Source: Chiloscyllium plagiosum
Lineage: Eukaryota
Reading direction: 5' to 3'
Length of the DNA stretch: 20,354 nucleotides
Assembly: GCF_004010195.1 (NCBI RefSeq)
Contig: NC_057720.1
Location: 15,640,430 to 15,660,783 of the forward strand
The position numbers were made by a program, and so were the translations under genes. Below, one piece after another: positions 10,167 through 19,814 of this stretch. Position 1 is the first letter of the stretch; each line of letters begins with the position of its first letter. The notes under the pieces are model-generated. The model had not been told where the DNA came from, ran no database searches, and was given only the letters and a program-made list of their open reading frames with translations.

Positions 10167-10377
10167 CTGGAAGAGCACAGCAATTCAGGCAGCATCCGAG
10201 GACAGGCAAAATCGACGTTTCCACGCTTCAGTCTCTCTGCCTTTATTCCTGATGAAGGGCTTTTGCCCGAAACGTCGATTTTGCCTGTCCTCGGATGCTG
10301 CCTGAATTGCTGTGCTCTTCCAGCACCACTGATCCAGAATCTGGTTTCCAGCATCTGCAGTCATTGTTTTTACCTTG
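10167..10377 (+). mobile_element. Penelope-like terminal repeat, fold-back arrangement
   Basis: 10221-10339 is the exact reverse complement of 8943-9061. 10167-10220 repeats ~8959-9012 directly and is inverted relative to the adjoining arm. Confidence 0.92.
10249..10276 (+). ncRNA. Minimal hammerhead ribozyme core (PLE-associated)
   Basis: CTGATGA 10249-10255, stem II GGGC/TTTT/GCCC 10257-10268, GAAAC-GTC 10269-10276. Confidence 0.75.
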
Positions 10378-10949
10378 CCCAAATCTATTGTCAAGGCTTT
10401 ACCATGGAGAAAACAACAGGGAAGGAAATGCCTCAGGGTGACTGCTTGGACAATCAGAGTCAATGTGCAAATCAATCAGCATCCTTTGGCCCTGTTGGAT
10501 AAATTGTCACTCCCTTTGAGATTTGGACTTTTTGCGTTTGTCCTGATGAGTGCAAGATGCTTCTGCAATATGTTTCTCTGTTCAATAAAATTCAGGTTCT
10601 GCACTCTTCATATTATTTTGAAAATGCCCTAACCAGCGATATTAATTTTAACCTAAAAAAGAGCCATGGTCAAGTACAAGGAGATTTAAAAGGTATGACC
10701 AAAGAGTACAAGAGAATAGAACAAACATCAAAGAACAATACACACAGGAACAGGCTGTGGATTAGAGATATTTTGTGTATGTAAAGAGTTAGAGAACTGT
10801 CAAAGTCTAAACTGTCTGATTGAATAATGCCTAATGCTGCAAAAGGCATGTTTGCAGTGACAGAAATATTAATTGAGTAGAATATATCTGACTTCATTTT
10901 TGACAATAATATTAGATCTTTAGATTTTAATAATGATGTTAATAGCAAA

Positions 10950-11407
10950 GTAGAATAGAATAGCTTTTTATTTGTCATTTCTACCATATACAACTGATGC
11001 AATAGAAATGAGACAGCGTTCCTCCAGGAATGAGGGTGCTACATGGACACCACAAACTACACAATTGTACACAGCAAAAAGTGCATAAGAAGTGCAAAAC
11101 ACGCAAGGTACAATGTAATACAAAAATGATAAATAATGGACATTTTTCTAGCAGCAATTCGAAGTAATGCAAAGAATTTCAGGTGGGAAAGACTGCGTTA
11201 AGGAGCCTGATGGTTTGGGGGAAGAAACTATTGCACAGTCTGGCCGTGAGAGACCAAATGTACCATGTCTTCTGCGAGATGGCATTGGGTGAGGGGTGTA
11301 TAGGGTTTCCCACAATGTTCTTAGCCTTTCGGTGTGCGTGTGGGGCAAATGTCTGTAATGGTGGGAAGAGAGACCCTGATGATCTTCTCAGCTGTCCTCA
11401 CTATCTG
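10950..11407 (-). mobile_element. Rex1/Babar LINE 3' fragment
   Basis: Minus-strand peptides QIVRTAEKIIRVSLPTITDI and RLCNSFFPQTIRLLN, 3' UTR and a short (CTATT)n tail near 10950-10965. Confidence 0.8.
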
Positions 11408-11653
11408 TTAATACGTAATATCAGCATTTACAAAGCTAATTGTTATAGTCATTAACATCTAATATGATGACAATAAAATCAGATAACATGAGTTTAGAAT
11501 TCAGAACCTGAGAAGAGATGGATTAACTCGTCCAGGTAATATTCACTCAGAGAGATGAAACATAGCTAGTGCAAGCCCTTTGATCATATTTTTAATGACT
11601 GCTGCGTTTGGAAGGAAGCTAATACAGCTCCATCTTTAAAGACTGTGACAAGA

Positions 11654-11725
11654 TTCACTCTATCCATGTCCCTCATGATTTTATAAACCTCTACAAAGTC
11701 ACCCCTCAGTCTCCAATGCTCCGGG
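11654..11725 (-). mobile_element. Short inverted CR1 fragment
   Basis: Encodes EHWRLRGDFVEVYKIMRDMDRV on the minus strand. Confidence 0.85.
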
Positions 11726-12150
11726 ATGAATAGGCTGGGACTATTCTTTCTCGAGCGTCCAACGCTGAGGGGTGACCTTACAGACATTTATAAGATCATG
11801 AGGGGTATGGTAAAGGTGAATGGCCAAGGCCTTTATCTCAGGGTCGGGGAGTCCAAAACTAGAGGGCGTAGGTTTAAGTTGAGATGGGAAAGATATAAAA
11901 GGGACCTAAGGAGCAACATTTTCATGCAGAAGGTGGTGCGTGTATGGAATGAGTTGCCAGAGGAAGTAGTGGAGGCTGGTACAATTGCAACATTTAACAA
12001 GTATCTGAATGGATATATGAATAGGAAGGGTTTAGAGGGATATGGGCCAAATGCTGGCAAATGGGATTAGATTAATTTAGGATATCTTGTCAGCAAGGAC
12101 GATTTGGACTGAAGGATCTATATCCATGCTGTACAACTTGTATGACTCTA
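11726..12150 (+). mobile_element. CR1-clade LINE 3' end
   Basis: ORF NRLGLFFLER..LRGDLTDIYKIMRG...TRGRRFKL...VVRVWNELPEEVV; tail tatgactcta. Confidence 0.95.
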
Positions 12151-12289
12151 AGATCTGCACAAGTAACTATAGGACTGTGCATTTTACTTCAGAAATAGGA
12201 AACGTACTGAGTTGAATTGTAGTGGATGATGATTTGTAAGGGGAGGGATATATCAGGGACACAGAGTGATTTTGAAAAAATAAGTTATA

Positions 12290-12532
12290 GTTACAAATTT
12301 GATGATACTTTTGAAAGAGATTACCATGTTGGTAGATAAAGGTAGTCCAGTCATTGACATTGCCAGCCTAGATTTCCAAAAAGCTCACGAGAAAGTTCCA
12401 CAGAAGATGCTTATGTACAAGTATGAAAACACCGATGTTGGTTGATTGAGAATTAGCCAGGAGGATAGGGAAAGATAATTATTCATGGATTTGGAATGGT
12501 TTGGAGATCCGACACTGATGGAGTCCCACAGA
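12290..12532 (+). mobile_element. Old CR1 RT fragment
   Basis: Degenerate VDKGSPV..LDFQKAHEKVP and DGVPQ motifs. Confidence 0.7.
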
Positions 12533-12579
12533 GACTGAAGATAGAAAATATGAGAAATAATCTAATGTGGGATTTGAAT

Positions 12580-15325
12580 CTGTGGAGAGAGGAGTTCAAT
12601 TGGAGTGGCAGTGGGAGCAGAGCAGATGGAACCTGGGGGAAAGAGCAGCAGGACCTTCCAGGTAAAAGCCTGAGGAGTGGGATTGGAGGTCAATCAGAGT
12701 GGTGGGAGTGGAGCTGAATCCAAACGGGGAGCATTGGAGGTGTGGTCCAGGCTGAAAAAGTGACATTGAATTGGCTGCTCAGGAACCAGGCCTAGAGAGT
12801 GAGTCAGAGTGTCTGGAAGGAGATAGCGTGTCAGATCTTTATTTTTGAGGTTTGTAGTTAGGGATAGAGAGCGAGGAATCTGATTTCAATGAGCAGTGTG
12901 TTAGGTTGTGTGATTAGTTCCCAGTTTATTGTTCATAAGGTTCACAATGGACCCGTGGAGTGCTCCTCCTGCAATATGTAGGAAATCAGGGCCACAGTCT
13001 CCATGGTGACTATGCCTGCAGGAAGTGTTCAATTGCAGCTCTTGATTTGCCGGATGGAGAGCCTGGAGCTGTGGATGGACTCACGATGGTGCATCCATGA
13101 TAGTATGTTTAGTGAGCTGGTCACATCACTAGTAAGGGCTACACAGACAGCGAGGGATTGGGTTAACCCCAGGAAGCATGAGCAAGCAGTGTGGGAGACC
13201 CCGTGGCTATTTCCCCCAAACTGTTTTGGATACAGTTGGAGGGGGGAGTACTGGCTTCTCTTGACAGCTCAAGACTCATCCAGCAAGGCCATATGGGTGG
13301 AACTCAGGAATAAGAAAGGTGCAGTCACTATGATGGAATTATACTATAGTCCTCCCAATAGCCAGCAGGAGATTGAGGTGGATCATGGAAAAATGTAAAA
13401 ACAGCAGCATTAATGTTGTGGGTGATTTGAATTTCTTCAATATTGACTGGGACTTGTTTAGTGCCAGGACTTTAGATGAAGCAGAATTTGCTAGGTACAT
13501 TCAAGAGTTTCTTAAAACAATATGTAGACAATTCAACTAGGGAAGGGGCTGTACTAGATCTGGTTACTAGGGAAATGAGCCTGGTCAGATGATCAAAGTC
13601 TGAGTAGAGGAGCATTTTGGAAATAGTGATCATAAGTAAGTTTTAAGATATTATGGATAGGTATAAGACTGGTCCTTTGGTGAATGTACTAAATTGGGTA
13701 AGGCTAATTACAATAGTAGTAGAGGAAATTAGATTGGGGGCCACTGTTTGAGGGTAAATTAAAAATATGGGAGTCTTTTAAATGCTAGTTGACCAGGGTT
13801 CAGGGCCAGCATGTTCTTGTGAGGATGAAAGATAAAGAAGGCAAGATTCAGGAACCCTGGATGATAAGAAACATTCAAAGTTTAATCCCAAAGAAAAAGG
13901 AGGCATATGTGTGGTTTAGGAAATTGAAATCAAACAAGACATTTGAGGAACATAAAGGATACAGAAAAGAGCAAACAAGGAATTAGGAGGGCTGCAAGGG
14001 GCCAAGAAATCATCTTGGCAAGTAGAATCAAGGAGAATCCCCAGGCATTTTATAAACATATCAGGAGCAAAAGGGTAACTAGGGAAAGGGTAGGTCCACC
14101 CAAGGACAAAGGAGAGAATTTATGCATGGAGCTGCAGGAATGTGGTGGGGTCCTTTATGAGTACTTTATTCACCGAGGAGAAAGACATGGATGATGTTAA
14201 GATTAAGGAGGCATGTTGATATTAAGATGGAAGAAGTTTTGGATGTCTTAAGACCATAAGAAATAGGAATGGAAGTAAGGCCATTCAGCCCATCGATCAT
14301 GGCTGATGGGCATTTCAACGCCAACTACCTGCACTCTCCTTGTATCCTTTAATTCTTTGCAAAAATATATTCAGATATATAGATCCTGAGGGCTAGAATA
14401 GATATATTCTAGGATACTGAAGGAGTCAAGGGAGGTGCATACTGGGGCCTTGATGGAGATCTTAAGCCACAGGCAAAGTTCCAGAAGAATGAAGAATAGT
14501 CAATGTTGTTCCTTTGTTTAAGAAGGGCAACAGGTATAATCCAGGAAATTATTGACCAGTGAGCCTTACATCACTAGTAGGGAAATTATTAGAGAAGATT
14601 CTTTGAGAGGATTTATTTGTATTAGGAGAAGAATGGACTTATTAGGGATAGTCAGCATGACTTTATGTGGGGCTAACATTGACTCACAAAAGTAATAGAG
14701 TTTTTTTGAGAAAGTGATGAAAATGATTGATTGAGGTAGGCAATGGATGTTGTCTATATGGAATTACGATTTGACCAGGTCTCTTGATTGGCTAGTCCAG
14801 AAGATTAAGAGTTGATGAGTTGGTAATTTGGATACAAAATTGGCTCAGTCATAGAAGACAGAGGGAAGACAGTTGTGGAGGAGTGTTTTTCTGATTGGAA
14901 ATCTGTGTCCAGTGGTGTTCCACAAGGAGCAATGCTGGGATCTCCATTGTTTGTAATATATATAAATGATTTAGATGAAAATGTATGTGGTGTGATTAGT
15001 AAATTTGCACATGACATGAAAATTAGTTGAGTTATGGATAGTGAGAAAGGATGACAAAGGGCACAGCAGGATATTGATCAGATGGAAAGCTGGGCAGAGA
15101 ATTGGTAGATGGGAGTTTAGTCTAGTCAAGCGTGAGGTGATGCATTTCGGTAGGTCAAATGCAAGAGGAAAGCATACAATAAATAGCACGACCCTTAGGA
15201 GCACTGATGCACAGAGGTATTTCAGGATATAAGTCCATAGCTCCTGAAAGTGGCAACACAAGCGGATAAGGCAACAAAGAGACAGTGCGGTATGCATGCT
15301 TTCATCACTTGGAGGATTGAGTAAT
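12580..15325 (+). mobile_element. Large decayed CR1 LINE (putative 5' UTR, ORF1 N-terminus, internal deletion, APE and RT); 3' end missing
   Basis: ORF1 zinc-finger PVECSSCNM*EI...DYACRKC/QLQLL (12950-13045); APE pieces AIWVELRNKKG...YYSPPNS and VVGDL; RT SGVPQGAMLG (14911-14940) and KFAHD (from 15001). Many stops and frameshifts. The 5' boundary is approximate. Confidence 0.9.
14249..14356 (-). mobile_element. CR1 3'-tail fragment nested in the large CR1
   Basis: taagaccataagaaataggaatggaagtaaggccattcagccc...gatcatggctgat is a reverse-oriented CR1-type tail that interrupts ORF2 homology. Confidence 0.75.
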
Positions 15326-15656
15326 TAAGTGCAATTTCAGGAAGCTTTTGAATCTTCACCAGCCTTTCCTAACTTACTCTTCAGCGGTAGTTGCATTTTA
15401 CGGGCTTTTGCACCACTGCACCACTGATAACATGTGAAGCAGACACATTTCTCTAAATCATTTTTAGATTAAGATGTGCAATAACAGATTGAATTCTTTT
15501 CGTACAACCAGAACTCTATCCTGATTAATCTACCACAGTGGACTCTTTGCAGCCTGTATCATTTCTACTTCGGTGAACTGATGGTGGAAAAGCTTTTTTT
15601 CATGGTTTATTTAGCAGAAAGTCATTTTGATTAGCAAGATGAGTAATACTTTGCAG

Positions 15657-15766
15657 CTGTTCGCAATTACTCACATCTGTTCTGTCAGGAGCTCCAGTTA
15701 TTGGACACTTTATTGACAGAGCGAAAAGTGTTACAGGACCGAGCATATGTATTTAATCTTCTACAG
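15657..15766 (+). CDS. Candidate internal coding exon of an unidentified host gene
   Basis: Acceptor ctttgcag|15657 (alternative ttctgtcag|15689), donor CAG|gtctgg at 15766/15767, and open frame VRNYSHLFCQELQLLDTLLTERKVLQDRAYVFNLLQ within non-repetitive sequence. Confidence 0.35.
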
Positions 15767-16989
15767 GTCTGGTGTTCTCAACACCAGAACATGAAATAAC
15801 CAAGTCCTTGCTGAAACTGGGGAAGTTGTTTAGGATGGGATGTCCCCTCCCTTAAATTCCACAACTCTGGAAAAATTTCTGGATCATGAAGTGGACGTGC
15901 TTTGAGGATGGAATGAATTGGAAAGCTAGGCTCCTGTGGAATGCCATAAGTAGCCACAATTCAGAACACAGACTTAACAAAGCATGTGTCGTCAGCCCTA
16001 GTAAGGTGTAAGCACCCGGCTTTCATTGCTGCCGAAAAATAAATGCTTTTTGATAGGTCTGTCAAAGCAAAAACAGGTTTCCTCGCTTTATTCCCAAATA
16101 TGTTATTCACTGAATCAATTCATTTACTTCTCACAGTCCAAAAGCAGCTGTTTAAAACGCCTGCTCAGATGTTTTGCCCTACCTACATTGATTCTTTTCC
16201 AGTAAAAATATCAATAACATCATAGATTTGGACCTGAAAAGTTACTTATTCATTGATTGAGTCGGATCCTTGGAGTGAGCAGGTGGTTTTTGCAAAGTGC
16301 CAGAACTAACTAAGGCTGTGGATACTGTATGGTCAAAAATGTTTCGACAGGCAATTCATGGTTGGCGACACACTTGTCAAATAGAGGTGACTGCCCTTCA
16401 CAACGCTATCTTGATCCCGTGCTAGCTACTTTAACTTGGAGCTAGAATGCATATGTTTTTTTTTAAATATCCCAGTGCTGACCTAATCAGGAGGCTGTTG
16501 TTACGAGATCACCAATTCACGTTGGCAATCAATGAAAAAAAACATAATTCATACGTAAAGGCATGAGATTCCATAGTTTTAAAATGATTTGTTATGTATA
16601 TATTTTCATGCTCTTTTACAAAACCTTTTGCATTGTTTCAAAGACCAATCAGATGTAAGATTTTACACTCAACTGTATGTTGGTTTGCAATTGTAGACAC
16701 ATGCAAAACATTTCTGAGAAATGCAAATCACTGTAAATAAAATGTCCTCTAATTTTGTGCTATTAAAATTGCAATGTGCGTACTCTTAATAATACAACAG
16801 TAAAACTGCAATTTTATTTAACAGGAGTTTATTTAATACTTTATCATTGTTCATCTAATTTTGCTTTTAAATGAAGAAAAGAAACATTATTTTAATCATG
16901 TAGCAAAGACAGCTAATCAGACATCGTAGAAATAAAGTAATTGGAGAGAGGAGTTTTCAGTTGTCAGCTATTATGATCTAGAATTCAAG

Positions 16990-17140
16990 AGTAGCTTTCA
17001 AAATATAATTGACAATAATTACTTGAAGGGGAAAATTCCGGACAAAGCAAGTAAGGCAGAAGGAACCGAAATAACTGCTTCAAAGAGCCAGCATATGTAT
17101 GATGGGCAGAATAGACTCTTCAAAAGTAGTATTGTTTTAT
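16990..17140 (+). mobile_element. Very old CR1-type 3' end
   Basis: tagctttcaaaatataattgac...tacttgaaggggaaaat...tcaaagagccagcat...atgatgggcagaatagactctt resembles CR1 tails. Confidence 0.55.
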
Positions 17141-17153
17141 GATTAACACACAC

Positions 17154-17330
17154 AAAGGCAGAAATTGCTGGAAAAACTCAACGGGTCTGGCAGTACCTGT
17201 AAAGAGAAATCAGAGTTAATGTTTTGGGTCCAGTTGCCCTTCCTCAGAACTGATGGCAGCTAGGAAAATATCGGATTTTATGGAGAAGATAGGGTGGTGG
17301 GGTGGAGGGGAGGGTGGGGGAATAAAGGGA
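17154..17330 (-). mobile_element. Penelope-like 3' terminal fragment with degenerate hammerhead core
   Basis: gaaattgctggaaaaactcaacgggtctggcag...; minus strand CUGAGGA-A-GGGCA-ACU-GGACCC-AAAAC (GAAA box mutated). Confidence 0.75.
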
Positions 17331-17378
17331 GGCGGTTGTATAATTTTATGATACAATCTTAATGTCATTGCCTTGAAT

Positions 17379-17497
17379 CCAGGGAACAGGAGAATCGACG
17401 TTTCGGGCATAAGCCCTTCTTCAGGAATCTCCTGTTCCTGTTCCCTGGATGCTGCCTGACCTGCTGCGCTTTTCCAGCAACACATTTTCAGCTCTGA
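17379..17497. mobile_element. Partially palindromic Penelope-like remnant with hammerhead core (17397-17424, minus)
   Basis: Minus strand CUGAAGA-A-GGGC-UUAU-GCCC-GAAAC-GUC. ccagggaacagg (17379) is inverted to cctgttccctgg (~17437). Confidence 0.85.
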
Positions 17498-17826
17498 ATA
17501 GACCAGGACCTTTCCCCAGGGTCGGGGAGTCCAAAGCTAGAGGGCATAGGTTTAAGGTGAGAAGGGAAAGATTTAAAAGGGGCCTAGGGGCAGCTTTTTC
17601 ACACAGAAGGTGGTGCATGTATGGAATGAGCTGCCAGAGGAAGTGGTGGAGGCTGATATAATTACAATATTTAAAACACATATGGATGGGTATATGAATA
17701 GGAAGGGTTTAGAGGGATATGGACCAAATGCTGGTAAATGGGACTTGATTTATTTAGGATATCTGGTCAGCATGGATGAGTTGGACTGAAGGATCTGTTT
17801 CCATGCTGTACAGCTCTATGACTCAA
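17498..17826 (+). mobile_element. CR1-clade LINE 3' end
   Basis: FPRVGESKARGHRFKVRRERFKR...; tail ctctatgactc. Confidence 0.93.
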
Positions 17827-17871
17827 TGCCTTGGAGCTATTTTCTCTAATTTGTTCTTTCAGAGTGTGTGA

Positions 17872-18007
17872 CTGTCATGGAGTCATACAGCACAGAAACA
17901 GGCCCTTCAGTCCAACCAGTCTATGCTGAACATAATCCCAAACTAAACTAGTCCCACCTGCCTTCTCCTGGCCCATATCACTCCAAACCTTTCCTGTTCA
18001 TGTACTT
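17872..18007 (-). mobile_element. CR1 3' tail
   Basis: gtcatggagtcatacagcacagaaacaggcccttc...agtcccacctgcc...ggcccatatc is homologous to 2645-2765. Confidence 0.85.
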
Positions 18008-18039
18008 CCCCAACACTAACAAAACCCAACTGCCCCAAC

Positions 18040-18142
18040 TGAGGGGCTTGCTCTGCCATTTTAGAGGGCAATTAAGAGTCAACTACATTGCTGCGGTTCT
18101 GGAGTCACATATTGGCCAGACCAAGTAAGGTGAACAGATTTA
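18040..18142 (-). mobile_element. SINE central-domain fragment (Meta-domain-like)
   Basis: Reverse complement AAATCTGTTCACCTTACTTGGTCTGGCCAATATGTGACTCCAGAACCGCAGCAATGTAGTTGACTCTTAATTGCCCTCT matches a widespread SINE core as I recall it. The superfamily name is tentative. Confidence 0.55.
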
Positions 18143-18308
18143 TCCAGACATCACCTCCCTCATTACAGAAAGAGAAATATTTGGTGGGTAAATCTTTTAA
18201 ATGTTTCTGTTTACACAGTAAGTTATTGACGGAATTACTTTCTCAAAGTTATTAGCATCTCTCCCTCAGCTATATTGCACTGTAAGATTGGAACAGGACT
18301 AAATTAGA

Positions 18309-18483
18309 GTGGTGCTGGAAAAGAGCAGCAGGTCAGGCAGCATCCGAGGAGCAGGAAAATCGATGTTTCGGGTAAAAGCCCTTCATCAGGAATGGGCTTT
18401 GCCTGATGAAGGGCTTTTGCCTGAAATGTCGATTTTCCTGCTCCTCGGATGCTGCCTGACCTGCTGCTCTTTTCCAGCAACAC
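18309..18483. mobile_element. Palindromic Penelope-derived element: 82-bp arms, 11-nt spacer, one mutated hammerhead core per strand
   Basis: Arms 18309-18390 and 18402-18483 are reverse complements with 5 mismatches by hand count. Confidence 0.92.
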
Positions 18484-18486
18484 ATT

Positions 18487-18784
18487 GCACAGTGGTTAGC
18501 ACTGCTGCCTCACAGCGCCAGAGACCCGGGTTCAATTCCCGCCTCAGGCGACTGACTGTGTGGAGTTTGCACGTTCTCCCCGTGTCTGCGTGGGTTTCCT
18601 CCAGGTCTCCGGTTTCCTCCCACAGTCCAAAGATGTGCAGGTCAGGTGAATTGGCCATGCTAAATTGCCCGTAGTGTTAGGTAAGGGGTAAATGTAAGGG
18701 TATGGGTGGGTTACGCTTCGGCGGGTCGGTGTGGACTTGTTGGGCCGAAGGGCCTGTTTCCACACTGTAATGTAATCTAATCTA
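18487..18784 (+). mobile_element. HE1-type V-SINE, slightly 5'-truncated
   Basis: Near-identical to 5732-6010; tail gtaatgtaatctaatcta. Confidence 0.95.
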
Positions 18785-19070
18785 TTCAGTCTCTCCCTGT
18801 AGCTCAACCCTGGCAACATCCTTGTAAATCATTTCTGAACCCTTTCAAGTTTCACAACATCCTTCCTATCGCAGGGAGACCAGAATTGCACACAGTATTC
18901 TGAAAGTGGCCTAACCAAAGTCTTGTACAGCTGCAACATGACTTCCCAACTCCTCTACTCATTGAACTGAACAATAAAGGAAAACACCTTCTTCACTCCC
19001 CTGTCTACTTTTACTTTCAATGAACTATGAGCTCACACTCCAAGGTCTCCTTGTTCATCAACACCCCCTA
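18785..19070 (-). mobile_element. CR1 ORF2 internal fragment
   Basis: Homologous to 3054-3365 (cctggcaacatccttgtaaatc...gtggcctaacca...caaggtctc). Confidence 0.9.
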
Positions 19071-19119
19071 CTTTTATGTATGGAGCTTGTTGACTTACAG
19101 ACATCAGAGTGCTGCACAA

Positions 19120-19423
19120 TTCACAGTGGTTAGCACTCCCATCTCTTGAGGCAGAAGGTTTGGGAATTATGTCCCAATCCAGAGACTTGAGCAGAAAATC
19201 CAGGTTGACATCCCACAGCGCACTATCGAGGGGACAATGGGCTCGAGTTGTTAAGCCAAGGCTCTGAGATGTTCTCTTGGTCAATTTAACAGATCCCATT
19301 GAATGATTCTGAAGAGGAGCAGAGGAGTGTTTACCTGATCCCAAACAATATTCATCCCTCAACCCGCATCACTGAAAATCTAATTGTTAAATCACACACC
19401 TTGTTGCTGTTTCTCAGAGTTTG
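19120..19423 (+). mobile_element. Old DeuSINE (SacSINE1-like), 3' end missing
   Basis: tRNA-like head cagtggttagcactccc...cagaaggtt...ccagagacttgagcagaaaatccaggttgaca; Deu-like agatcccat...gaagaggagcagaggag...caatattcatccctcaacc. Confidence 0.75.
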
Positions 19424-19428
19424 TTTCT

Positions 19429-19745
19429 ATTAGATTAGATTACATTACAGTGTGGAAACAGGCCCTTCGGCCCAACAAGTCCACACCGACCCGCCGAAGC
19501 GCAACCCACCCATACCCCTACATTTACCCCTTTAACCTAACACTACGGGCAATTTAGCATGGCCAATTCACCTGACCCGCACATCTTTTGGACTGTGGGA
19601 GGAATCCGGAGCACCCGGAGGAAACCCACGCAGACACAGAGAGAATGTGCAAACACCACACAGTCAGTCGCCTGAGTCGGGAATTGAACCCGGGTCTCTG
19701 GCGCTGTGAGGCAGCAGTACTAACCACTGTGCCACCGTGCCGCCC
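19429..19745 (-). mobile_element. HE1-type V-SINE, full length
   Basis: Reverse complement of the 18487-18784 type with intact GGGCGGCACGGTGGCACAGTGG head and (TAATC)n tail. Confidence 0.95.
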
Positions 19746-19762
19746 ACAAATTCATATGAATT

Positions 19763-19814
19763 CATATAATCCCAACAGTATGGAAGCAGGCCATTCAGCC
19801 CTTTGAGTCCACAC
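19763..19814 (-). mobile_element. Short CR1/SINE-type 3' tail
   Basis: cataatcccaacagtatggaagcaggccattcagccctttgagtccacac is similar to the HE1/HER1 shared tail. Confidence 0.6.

Noticed and set aside
9593..10502. ORFs of 181-282 aa
   Set aside because: They are open only because they cross the N gap.
10375..11002. Short ORFs of 75-110 aa
   Set aside because: AT-rich, no motifs and no supported exon boundaries.
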